A stretch of 38,095 nt of DNA, taken from a virus (Duplodnaviria; Caudoviricetes). Position numbers and translations under genes: made by a program. Under the pieces are notes generated by a model. That model did no database searches. It worked only from the letters and a program-made list of their open reading frames with translations, and was not told the DNA's origin. The DNA lies in IMG/VR virus record IMGVR_UViG_3300050331_000090, positions 1 through 38,095 of that record. One strand, written 5' to 3'. Positions 1 to 9,145 of the stretch are shown in pieces. Positions within the stretch are counted from its first letter, which is position 1. Each line of letters starts with the position of its first letter.

Positions 1-273
1 GATGATAGTGTTGCGGGGATTCGATCCATCTGCCGTGATGCCCGCGACGTTCTTGATCGCGTCCGTCCAAACCGGATAGTGATAGCTGAGGCCTGAATCG
101 AGCAATGCCGCGCCAACCGCTACATCGATCGACATGTTGGCACCAGCGGCACGTTGGCTGGGTGCAAATGATCCACTGGATAAGATTCCATCGGTGTGTG
201 TGTAGTAGAGGGCTTTTCCGAGTCCTTCAGCACCAGTTTTTGCACCATCGCGCCAGGCAGTTAATTCAGACAT
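1..273 (-). CDS. Minor tail/fibre protein, N-terminal part only (runs off the left edge)
   Basis: Not in ORF track; ATG at 273 opens MSELTAWRDGAKTGAEG...GANMSIDVAVG...ADGSNPRNTII with no stop to position 1; follows tail genes. Confidence 0.75.
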   Translation of the reverse strand, partial: MSELTAWRDGAKTGAEGLGKALYYTHTDGILSSGSFAPSQRAAGANMSIDVAVGAALLDSGLSYHYPVWTDAIKNVAGITADGSNPRNTII

Positions 274-276
274 ATA

Positions 277-447
277 TTACAAATTATTAGGATCATTATT
301 TGTTTCGAGTGTAACATATTCATTTGTGTTTTCGTCCAATATGGCAATGGGTTCAATGTTGCCCTTGGAGTCACCTCGAACGATCACTTTATGCTCTTCT
401 TGCTGCGCTTCTTCGGAGAGTGATTCAAATGCTTCGGTATTGGTCAT
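277..447 (-). CDS. Small acidic hypothetical protein (56 aa, MTNTEAFES...)
   Basis: TAAGGAGG Shine-Dalgarno at 451-458 precedes ATG 447; the longer track start (582) overlaps the upstream gene. Confidence 0.7.
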   Translation of the reverse strand: MTNTEAFESLSEEAQQEEHKVIVRGDSKGNIEPIAILDENTNEYVTLETNNDPNNL

Positions 448-455
448 AATCCTCC

Positions 456-905
456 TTATGAGACGGTTGATAGAATCGCCCGTAGTTCCCATCGAAAAAT
501 CACGGTTTGGGGTGAGCCCGTCGTGTTTCTCACCCATGCGTTGACGATCACATTGCTGTGGTCTGGATCGGCCTCGCCCCAATCCAGCCTGCCTTCCCAG
601 CGGTAGTCGGCATCCCTGGCATTGCCATAGCCGATTTCGCTGCCGGCACTCACCCCGGTTTCATAAAAGGTGAAGTTGAGCGAGGCGTGCAGAATGGAGC
701 CATTGAGCGCGGTCACGGCGATGGCGGTGCGTTCCTGGCCATTGTTGGGGGGAAACATGGTGAACGATCCAGCCACCCAGTTGAGCTCGACCGAATCCGG
801 CCCGATCTTCTGGGTGACCTTGATGTTTTCAGCGTCCCGCTTCGAGCCGGCGATCAGGCGGACGGCCAGAGAGTCGTTCATGAATTCAGCGCGATTGATA
901 CTCAT
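456..905 (-). CDS. Putative tail structural protein
   Basis: 149 aa, TAATG coupling to upstream tail gene, beta-rich composition. Confidence 0.7.
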   Translation of the reverse strand: MSINRAEFMNDSLAVRLIAGSKRDAENIKVTQKIGPDSVELNWVAGSFTMFPPNNGQERTAIAVTALNGSILHASLNFTFYETGVSAGSEIGYGNARDADYRWEGRLDWGEADPDHSNVIVNAWVRNTTGSPQTVIFRWELRAILSTVS

Positions 906-1971
906 TAGATACCCAGGTACAGCTGTACCTTCTCCGAATCCTGCTCATCGATGGTGATGACCCGCTTGTAGATGCGGTATTGCCCAGCCTGGGCGATAAA
1001 CGGCTCGCTCTGGATGATCAGTTGCACGGTGTCACCAACTTCGTAGTCGGTGACGTAGGGTGCCTTGTTGCCGTTGACGGTGATCGTCGGAATTTCAAAG
1101 GGTGTGGCGAAAATGGCGAGCTCGGTGTCGCCCTTCGACTCCAAGGTGTCGGTTTCTGACACATCGCTCGGGGTGATCTTCTTGGCGCGAACCAGATAGT
1201 TGCCCTGGCTGGCGGTGTCATTGCGAATGACGGGTGGAGCGGCGTCGGTTGAGATTCCAGCGCCGAAGACCAGGATGCGGTTAGCGAGTTCGCCGCCTTC
1301 GGAAGGAATGTCGTAGTCGAGGATATTGCCCGGATGCCGGAAGACGATCGAGGGCTTGACTGAGCCCTTGTGCACATAGGCGTTGAAGACCTTCTCCGGT
1401 GTGATTTCGATATCGAACGGCCCGTTGACCCGCCTGGTCAGTGCCTGCAGGGCGTCCTTGATGTTGGTGTAGTGGTAGGTGATGTCGTGGTCACCCGTAG
1501 TTGGGATCGAGCCTTGTGTCACACCAAAATCGAAGTTGGCGCCTTGCGTTTGCCAGTGGTCGATTAGGTCCCAGGCGATATCGGCGCCATTCTCGGCGGT
1601 ATACGTTTGCGGATCGTCAGTAAAGGCATCTTTGAAAAAGTTGAGGAAGCCGGTCGCCCGGACTTTGAGCATAGCCTCCTGAGCCGTCGAGACGACGTTG
1701 TAGTGATAGACCTCGCCTCCGGCAACATAGTTCTGGCCGCGCTTGACCCGCACCTCGGTCGATCGGTTCTGCAGTAGCACTTTGGGATCGACCTTGCGCT
1801 TGCGGGCATAGGCCTGAAACAGTTTGAGCGGCATCGTCCAAGTGATGTCATCAGCTTCGTTTATGGACTGCGTGATTCTGGCGGTCCTTTGGCAATCGGC
1901 TGTGAGTGAGGCGGTGCGTAATCCGGCTTGCTCCACAGCTCGAAGGCGTACTTGCTGATCGGGTTGGCCAT
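905..1971 (-). CDS. Minor tail/hub protein (siphovirus gp37-like), with a 1-nt deletion near 1928
   Basis: ATG 1971 (MANPISKYAFELWSK) lies 3 nt after the previous stop; one added base joins it to track ORF 905..1936 (~355 aa); C-terminal YEVGDTVQL motif and position after Dit. Confidence 0.75.
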
Positions 1972-1974
1972 AGC

Positions 1975-2844
1975 TCAGAGTCCTAGCCAGGCGTACCTCT
2001 GCGCCATGCTCATCGTGCCAGTGTCAGACGTTGACCCGGAAGAAAAGTTGATGATATTGGTGCCCGGCTCTAACCACCACCAGACGGATGTGGCGTCTAC
2101 CTGATCGAACAGGCTCTGGGTTTGGTTGAGGATGACGGTCTGCTGGTCTGGCCGCATGTCGATGACGATCGTGTCATTGACCGTCGAGGTGTAGGCCAGC
2201 TGCCAGGCCTTGCCCGTGGTGGCGTTATAGATATACGGGTTGGTCAGCATGCCGGTCAGGGTGATGACTGGCCAGGTGTAGAACGTGCCCTGGTTATCGA
2301 CGGCCACCGTTCCGCCTCCAAGTTCTCCCAAGGTCACCGGCAGCTCGAAGGGCAGCTCTGCCCCGCCGCCAGTTGGTCCCGTGATCGAGGAGGTAGTGAC
2401 TTCCGATTGTGAGTAAATCTGTGGATCAGGAGCAATGAGCGGCAAAAAGAAGCTTGCGCCCATGAGGCCGATGTCTCGAATCATCGGTTCTTTGGAGAGG
2501 GTCACATCGAGCTGGTACTGCGCGTCATCGTCATCAGTGAACTTCAGCGTGTAGCGGGTTGGATCGCCATTGGCATCCCGGATAGCGGCGAAGAGCGAGG
2601 CAAACTCACGGCGGCGGCTTTTGAACGTCGCTATATCGCTGGCCTCGATCCAGCCTTCTATGGGAATCAGCCGCTCGCCCCAAAGACTCGAGATCGGGTC
2701 GTAGCCATCGGTGCCTGAGCGAACTTGCCCGTTGTGACGTAGCTTGGGGAAGTCTAGGCCCTCGTACGAGCTGAAGTAGATGCCGTTGACGTTGGCGCCC
2801 TGGAAGTCGTGAATCTGGAAATCGTTGATCGAGGCAGTTTTCAT
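1975..2844 (-). CDS. Distal tail protein (Dit-like)
   Basis: Directly after tape measure; APDPQIYS, NQGTFYTWPVITLTG and WWWLEPGTNII motifs typical of siphovirus Dit. Confidence 0.85.
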   Translation of the reverse strand: MKTASINDFQIHDFQGANVNGIYFSSYEGLDFPKLRHNGQVRSGTDGYDPISSLWGERLIPIEGWIEASDIATFKSRRREFASLFAAIRDANGDPTRYTLKFTDDDDAQYQLDVTLSKEPMIRDIGLMGASFFLPLIAPDPQIYSQSEVTTSSITGPTGGGAELPFELPVTLGELGGGTVAVDNQGTFYTWPVITLTGMLTNPYIYNATTGKAWQLAYTSTVNDTIVIDMRPDQQTVILNQTQSLFDQVDATSVWWWLEPGTNIINFSSGSTSDTGTMSMAQRYAWLGL

Positions 2845-4438
2845 TAGATACGCATGGCTAACTCAAAGCCAAGCTCCTTTGCTGCCATTGATGTGTCGAT
2901 GTCGTTATAGATGTGATTGGTCTGGGTGACGTTGACTCCTGCCATGCCGCGCGAGTCGCTATTTGAATAGACGTTGGCCCTCTCGGAAGGGAAACCAGCT
3001 CAGGACCGCGCTCACCGACTACCGCCAGACCGCCTGAAAAGTTCCGGACGCCTTCGGCAAAACCTGGGATCTTCAGTGCCTTGCCAATCTCGTTACCAAA
3101 TGGCAAGTTCTTGAGTGCCCCCTGCATCGCCCCAATCAACGCGCTTCCCAAGACGGCAAACACTGAGCTCCAGTTGATGTTCCGGACGAAGTTGATCATC
3201 CGATTCCATCCATCCACCCAGGCATTAAATAGCGTCGGGATGATCATCGAGGCCATAGCTGCGAGCGCCTGCATCATGATGATCGGTAATCGGATTGGTA
3301 GCGTCAGCTTGAAGCCGATGATCTGACCGATCGCCTGTGCCCAATTGTTTTTGAACCCTTCGATATAAGCATTGATGGCATTGAAAGCGTTCAGAACCGT
3401 GGTACGAATACCCGCCCAGTCGGAGTCCCACAGCTTGACCAGCTGAGCCACAACCAATCCCAGCGCCACCAGGGCGGCAGTTAGAGCGATCACTGGCCAG
3501 GTAGCCAACACCACTTGAATGGCAATGATGCCCAGGAGCACGGATAGGGCAGTTAAAAATCCAATGACATTTTCGCGCTGTGAGAAAAAGTCTTTGAGTG
3601 CCGGAACTGCTGTGCCAGAAATCCAACCGCCAAATTGTTCGATCAGCGGGATAACCTGCTTCATCCCCTCTTTCAGCGCGTCGAATGCGCCACTGGTTGT
3701 CAGGATCTGTGACAGTTGCGACTGAAACGCTTCCGTCATGCGTTGCTTTAGGGCATTCCAAGTATTCGACTGGCGCTCGGCCGCGCCATTGTATTTCTCG
3801 GCGGCCCTAAGAATGTCGTCGTAGCCGACTTTGCCTTCGGACACCATGTCTTGAAACGCAGACATGGAAACGCCCATCGCCTCGGCCACATCGCGCTGCA
3901 CGGATGTCCAACCAGAGTTCACCAGCTCTCTGAAGTCGATAATGTCCGCACGGCCCTTACCAATGACCTGAGCGATGGTATTGCCCATGCGGTTGAGTTC
4001 TTCGTTCCCTCGACCAAAGGCCGCGGCGACGTCGCCAAACCGCAGGGCAGAGGAAACAGCCTTGTTGATCTCCTGGCCTGCTCCGGCCATGCGTTGTGTG
4101 AATTCAGCTAGGGTGCGGGTGTCGAAAAATGGAGAATCCTGAGCCGTCTTCTTGATGACGGCCATCGCTTGCTCTGCCTTCTTGGTGTCCTTGGTGAAGG
4201 TGGTGAGAGCAATCGTCATGCTCTCTAGATCGCCGGTGTAGTTCGCACCGACGATAGACAGCCCAGCCGTTGCGGCACCCAAGGCCAAGAGGCCACCTGT
4301 CAGCTTGGTGGCAGCAGAGCCAACGCCTTTGGCGACGCCTTCGAGGTTGCCTAGCTTGGATTCGGCTTCTTTGGTTCCCTTGTCATCGAAGGTGGAGGCA
4401 ATCTTTAGGAGGATGTCGTTGTTTCCGAGTATGGGCAT
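2844..4438 (-). CDS. Tape measure protein, with a 1-nt deletion at ~2978-2980
   Basis: Ala/Gly-rich helical TMP core, hydrophobic segments, GFAEG...VGERGPELV motif; the -1 frame continues ANVYSNSDSRG...ELAMRI and its TAA overlaps the next ATG (2844). Confidence 0.9.
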
Positions 4439-4453
4439 ACAAATAGATACAAA

Positions 4454-5004
4454 TTACTTAGCCTTACTAACTGATTGTAGCACTTGGGACTCGATTGACA
4501 GAATGGCTAAATCCCGCTGTAACACGTCTAGCGGTGTCTCCATCAGTTGTTGATGGGTGAGGTGAAATCGCTCACGGTAGCGCAACAGCAGAAGTTCAAA
4601 CGGAATAGGAGGGACGCGAACCTTTAGGCCGTTGGATCGATCGGCTTCGGCTTTGAGGTAAGCGATGAGTCGCTTTTTTTTTCGGTGGATAGCTCGGTAG
4701 ATACCGCCTTCATGGCTTCAGCGATGTCATTGAGGTCAGACATTTCAAGGCGGCGAACACTCTCAAGGGTGATTGGAACTGAACTCCCATCGGACTCGGT
4801 GAAATTCCAATCCTTAATGAGAGATGTCACTAGCATCAGATCTTCGGTGATCTTGCCGATCTCTTGTCCGGATGCCAGATTGCCGACTGCCTCGACATCA
4901 CCAACCTGGGCTCGGTCGTAAATCTCGATCCAACCAGGATCAGATTCGGGAAAGCGGCTCAGGTTGATGCGTTTGGTCGTTCGTTCGGATGCTAGGACGG
5001 GCAT
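4454..5004 (-). CDS. Frameshifted tail assembly chaperone (gpGT-like, ~183 aa)
   Basis: A9 run (GAA AAA AAA AGC, 4674-4682); the -1 frame is open (KRLIAYLKAE...YRERFHLTHQQLMETP...) to TAA 4454, just before TMP. Confidence 0.8.
4624..5004 (-). CDS. Tail assembly chaperone (gpG-like)
   Basis: Between tail tube and TMP; LIKDWNF...PITLESV motif. Confidence 0.85.
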   Translation of the reverse strand: MPVLASERTTKRINLSRFPESDPGWIEIYDRAQVGDVEAVGNLASGQEIGKITEDLMLVTSLIKDWNFTESDGSSVPITLESVRRLEMSDLNDIAEAMKAVSTELSTEKKSDSSLTSKPKPIDPTA

Positions 5005-5007
5005 AGG

Positions 5008-6173
5008 TTAGATGGTTGAAACACCGTTGATGACAGTCAGCCCCATGATGGCCCCGTCAGATGAGTCGTATTCAGGCCGGAACGTCATTTCGTCGTAGAT
5101 GATGCCGTCGACCTCAATATTGTTCGGCTTAGCGGTCATTTTCAGGTTGTTGGCCGTGGCACGAATTTCATGACTGGCTCCGGCAAAGTGGCGAACCACC
5201 AGCGCACGCTTCTTCATCAGATCAAGAACCCGATGGGATGCAGGACCATCGAAGAATTGCTTGGTGGCAATCTCGAAGTCGCCAATCGTGCGAGCTGGGA
5301 AGGCGCGATCCCATGAGCCTGAGCGGTCTTTGCGTCATCCGTCTCAAAGGCATGCGTAATTGTCCAGGCACCAGAATCAGCTTCCAGTGGTGTACCGGAA
5401 CCTGACAGGGCAGTGGAGGCGTCTGTGTAGGAGTAGCGGTAGTCGGTTCGAGCCCAGGTGATGGTGTCGGAAAGCGATAGGCTGGCCGTCAAGGCCCGCA
5501 GGCTCAAGAAGTCGCCCGATGCGGCGCCACTCGCTGAGGCTACGGTGACGGTAGTGTCGTCCAACGATGAAACGGTCGTGTTGACCACGCTGCCATTTGC
5601 CAGGTGAATGCGGACGACATCGGTGGCGACTAAACCCTTGGTCGGCGTTGATGAATAGGTGGTGGCAAGGGTCAGGGTATCACTATTGACGTTGGTGATT
5701 TCAGCAGCGGCGAAAACGCCACGGGCATGCAGCTGGGTCGTGAAGATGCCGTGGTTGCCGTCAAAGCTCATTCCCAATGACGATGACTCAACACCGAAGT
5801 AGCGATAGGGGATCTGACCCTTCATGACTTCGACGGTGTAGGAGTTCGGATCAGTGGTGGCTGAGAGAGTGAATGGATGGGTGTAGGTGCCTGATCCCGT
5901 GGTTGAACCTTTGGTCAGGATCATGTCGGCCAGGTAGCCGGCAGTGTTTGGTTCAGCTAAAAAGGTTGCCTCGCCAGCGGTGTAGCGCTGACCCATCAAA
6001 TTGCGGAATCGAGCCGCCTTGTTGCCGGCGATGATCTTGATTTCATCCAAATTCGGGTTGAAGGAGACAGATTCAGAAATGAGCGGCATTCCGATGGTCG
6101 GAATGACGGGAGTGCCCTTGGCGGACTCCTTTTTGATCATGCAGTAGCCGAGATTGGCAAGGCGTTCAGCCAT
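5008..6173 (-). CDS. Major tail tube protein, split by a 1-nt deletion near 5330
   Basis: Track ORFs 5217..6173 and 5008..5217 join via an open -1 frame (DRSGSWD...KQFFDG...DLMKKRALV), ~388 aa; position before the chaperone. Confidence 0.8.
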
Positions 6174-6176
6174 AGG

Positions 6177-6326
6177 TTAAGAATCCTTCTTAGGTTTGTT
6201 CTCCTTCACGAGTTCGAGAAACGGGTTGTGCAACGGGTGATCAGCGCTGATGGTGTTATCAGGCTCAACCACGCCGACATTTGGGATTTCTAAAGGCAAA
6301 AGGGACGTATTGCGGTAGGTATACAT
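6177..6326 (-). CDS. Small hypothetical protein (49 aa, MYTYRNTSLLPLEIPNVGVVEP...)
   Basis: Fills the gap, below track cutoff; stop 3 nt before the tail tube ATG. Confidence 0.7.
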   Translation of the reverse strand: MYTYRNTSLLPLEIPNVGVVEPDNTISADHPLHNPFLELVKENKPKKDS

Positions 6327-6337
6327 AAACTGTTTGC

Positions 6338-6367
6338 ATTGTAGGCAGATTGACAACTGCGAGTCAA
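6338..6367 (-). promoter_or_regulatory. Sigma70-like promoter with inverted repeat
   Basis: TTGACT-18 nt-TACAAT on minus; ATTGAC-N8-GTCAAT palindrome over the -35. Confidence 0.55.
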
Positions 6368-6865
6368 TTAGGTTCTCGTGCCGATGATCTGTAAATCTTC
6401 AAAGACGCCGGTGACGGTGACCCCTTGTGTCAACACATCTTTCCCTCGGGGAAACAGGCCGTAATCAACCGTGAGCTGCTGGCCGGTGGAGAGGTTGCCC
6501 AGGGTGTAGTTGCGTTGCAGGACACCAACTATCGTTTGCTCGCCGAGTTGGCCGGTGTCAGGGTCGATGCCTTCAGCGATCCTCTCCAGCCGTGCTTTGA
6601 CGAACGTCTTGTCGGGCGCCTTGTTGAAGTCTTCCTTCTTATTGAATTCGGCCTGGATTGAAACTGTGTGCTCCATACGGACCATGCCGGTTGGGGCACG
6701 GCCAGCAACTGGGGAGGATTGGACATCCACAATCAGGCAAGGTAGGTACATTTCAGGGATATGGACCGGGTCGCCGTCGTAGTAGAAGAAAATATTGCCG
6801 AAGGTGACTTTCATCAGTTCGAGACTCTTGGCTGGAAATGGTCGGGTGTAGGAATCTACAGTCAT
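6368..6865 (-). CDS. Putative tail terminator/completion protein
   Basis: Position upstream of tail tube; P-C-L-I-V-D type core. Confidence 0.6.
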   Translation of the reverse strand: MTVDSYTRPFPAKSLELMKVTFGNIFFYYDGDPVHIPEMYLPCLIVDVQSSPVAGRAPTGMVRMEHTVSIQAEFNKKEDFNKAPDKTFVKARLERIAEGIDPDTGQLGEQTIVGVLQRNYTLGNLSTGQQLTVDYGLFPRGKDVLTQGVTVTGVFEDLQIIGTRT

Positions 6866-7311
6866 ACAGCTCGTCTGACGCGACTCATCACATCATCGCG
6901 CAGAATATCTTCAACGCGCAGTTTCATCTGCTGGGTGAGGTCAACAATGATGCGTTGGGGCACGCCTTCGCCTTTTTGGTGCTTCTGCAGGTAAGGCACG
7001 CCGTTTTTGATTAAGAGGTAATCGCGAGTCGTTACCGATTTGAATCCGCGCCGCATGTTGCCAGAGCGCTCCAGGATGCCCCTGCCGGGGTAGCGGGTCG
7101 ATTTCCAGGCGGCGTATTCAGGATTGAGTGGCGTCCATCTGCGGCCATACACAGCCCCTTCAGACTCAAATACGTCGACCGTGAAGACCTTCAGCAGGTA
7201 CTCGGCGGTCGAATCAAAGCCGGACTTCATGTCTGTCATGACCTTGCTCACGCGCCGCAACATGTCCTGGGTGGCCTTACCGCCTTCGATGCGTACTGTC
7301 ATCTGCACCAT
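6862..7311 (-). CDS. Phage virion morphogenesis protein (Mu gpG-like)
   Basis: FESEG...WTPLNPEY...GILERSGNMRR...YLQKHQKG..VPQR motifs. Confidence 0.85.
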   Translation of the reverse strand: MVQMTVRIEGGKATQDMLRRVSKVMTDMKSGFDSTAEYLLKVFTVDVFESEGAVYGRRWTPLNPEYAAWKSTRYPGRGILERSGNMRRGFKSVTTRDYLLIKNGVPYLQKHQKGEGVPQRIIVDLTQQMKLRVEDILRDDVMSRVRRAV

Positions 7312-8252
7312 TAGAAGCGATCCTCGATACCAAACGTGGCCGGACGGTAGCCGCCTTCGTAGTTCACGTCAGTCGGCATGTCGCCGGTGGAGGTGGGAAG
7401 TTGGTTGCCTTGAGCGTCGACCAACATCAGCTCGCCCTTCTGAATACTCGTCAGCGTCTTGCGGGCATCGTTTTTGGCGATGATGCCGTCCTTGTTGGTA
7501 CCTTCCGCGCCTGAGCCATAAGCACGAGTCAGGAGGAATCCAGCGGCCAGTAGGGTTGCAACCGAGTAGAGCAGGGGCACGTCTACTTCAAACGGAAGCG
7601 TGTAGCCAGCGATCGAGCACGCGCTGTTGATTTCCGCCTCAGCTTTGATCCTGGCGTTGTTAACCTGCACATCTGTCACACGGTCGAACTCGCTGAATCC
7701 AGCCTCGTCCCGGATGTCGTCCAAGGTGGTGTAGTGGCCGAAGTCGCCGCCACGCACCGCCAGAGACTGGGAGAGTGAGGTTCCTGTCGAGGCAGCCGAG
7801 TTCCAGAAGATGGCCTTGTACCAATAGTCTGATCCGCCGTCAGGGTCAGTGATCTGGGTAGCCGACTGGTCGGGTTGGATGGTGACGGGATTCGTAGGGG
7901 CCGTCGAAGTGTAGGCAGCAAAGTCAGTGTCGGCTGGTTGAGTGCCATCGACGTTCGCAGCACGGTAGAGCTTGAGCTGATTTCCCACCAACTGCCAGAC
8001 CTGGGCGCCAGGTAAGTGATCGAAGGTCAGGTTGGACTTGAGCGTGAGCACTTGGCCGGCGATCGAGTCGATTTGGCCGAGCTCAGCATTTTCAGTCAGC
8101 GGGTCAATGACGACCCAGGATTCATCGGTAAATCCGGAGATCGATTCGAGATCAACGTCCTTCTGGCCAGCGTCGGACAAAGCATCCGTTTTGGTTTTGG
8201 CGACAAGATTTACAGAATCGAAGTTGGAAAGGCTAAGAACCTCAGCGGGCAT
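7311..8252 (-). CDS. Head-tail adaptor (Mu gp36-like C-terminal domain) with extra N-terminal domain
   Basis: YTTLDDIR...AEAEINS...GYTLPF...LTSIQKGELML in the last ~140 aa. Confidence 0.7.
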   Translation of the reverse strand: MPAEVLSLSNFDSVNLVAKTKTDALSDAGQKDVDLESISGFTDESWVVIDPLTENAELGQIDSIAGQVLTLKSNLTFDHLPGAQVWQLVGNQLKLYRAANVDGTQPADTDFAAYTSTAPTNPVTIQPDQSATQITDPDGGSDYWYKAIFWNSAASTGTSLSQSLAVRGGDFGHYTTLDDIRDEAGFSEFDRVTDVQVNNARIKAEAEINSACSIAGYTLPFEVDVPLLYSVATLLAAGFLLTRAYGSGAEGTNKDGIIAKNDARKTLTSIQKGELMLVDAQGNQLPTSTGDMPTDVNYEGGYRPATFGIEDRF

Positions 8253-8258
8253 ATTGTA

Positions 8259-8272
8259 GACATAATATCATG
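8259..8272 (-). promoter_or_regulatory. Extended -10 promoter motif CATGATATTATGTC (copy 2)
   Basis: Exact 14-mer also at 20670-20683; TGnTATTAT just upstream of ATG 8252. Confidence 0.55.
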
Positions 8273-8282
8273 CCTCATCTTG

Positions 8283-9097
8283 TCACTGCCTTGCACAGAT
8301 ATCGTGCAGCCAGAATAGACTCGTATTCACTTCTAAGGGATGCACTAACAGGTCAGGATTTTCCCTATAGTATCTCTCCACACTTTCGAGACTGTTTTCT
8401 TCCATTTTTTGATAATACTTGACCACAATCCCCCTAACCTGCTCCAAGGTCTCGGAGTCGATGGAAGCGGTGCCCGACTTGGTAATGAATTTGCCTTGCT
8501 CATCAATCGGGAACGAAATCACGACGTGGCCGGTTGTTTCGGTCATATGGCTAGAGAGCACTGAAATACTAGGATCGTCTTCGTCCAGAATTTGACTGAT
8601 TGGATGCTCAAAGAAATTGCGGAGGTCGTTAAACTGACTCAGTACCGCTCGATCCTCTGGCTCAAGTTTCGTCTTGGCACCACGGGTCGCTGATTGAAGC
8701 AGTTCGTAAACTCGGTCTCCAAAGAGTGCAAACTTGTGGAACTCTGTTTCCTGTTGAGCCGCCAAGTGATTAATTTCCCACAACAATTTCTGCCGATCGA
8801 GGCTGTCCTCATCTGGCAATGAATGCAGTTGATCGCAGACGTCAAAGATTGCCTTCCCTAACCGAATCCGCTCGTTGTAGCGTCGGTCATCGCTTGAAGG
8901 GCGTAGATCAGTTTATACGCGCTGTAGCCGGAAGCCACGTTGTCATTGCGCCGCTTTTCGTTGGTTTCCCAATCCGGGCATCGGAGTCGATTTGACTCGA
9001 TGATGAGATCTGGCGGGGGCAAGGTCGCAAGCACTTTCAGCACAAAGTCTAGCTGATCATCAAAGGTCAGCTCTCGATTTGGATCATCCCCATCCAT
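8283..9097 (-). CDS. Moron, unknown function (~271 aa), probably one gene split by a 1-nt deletion near 8895-8900
   Basis: The frame of 8283..8819 stays open upstream into 8858..9097; total length 815+1 is divisible by 3; SD-like AGGAGA before 9097. Confidence 0.6.
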
Positions 9098-9145
9098 TGT
9101 TGGTTGTCTCCTGACGACGAATCTCCGCCCGTTGATGCTTGGATA

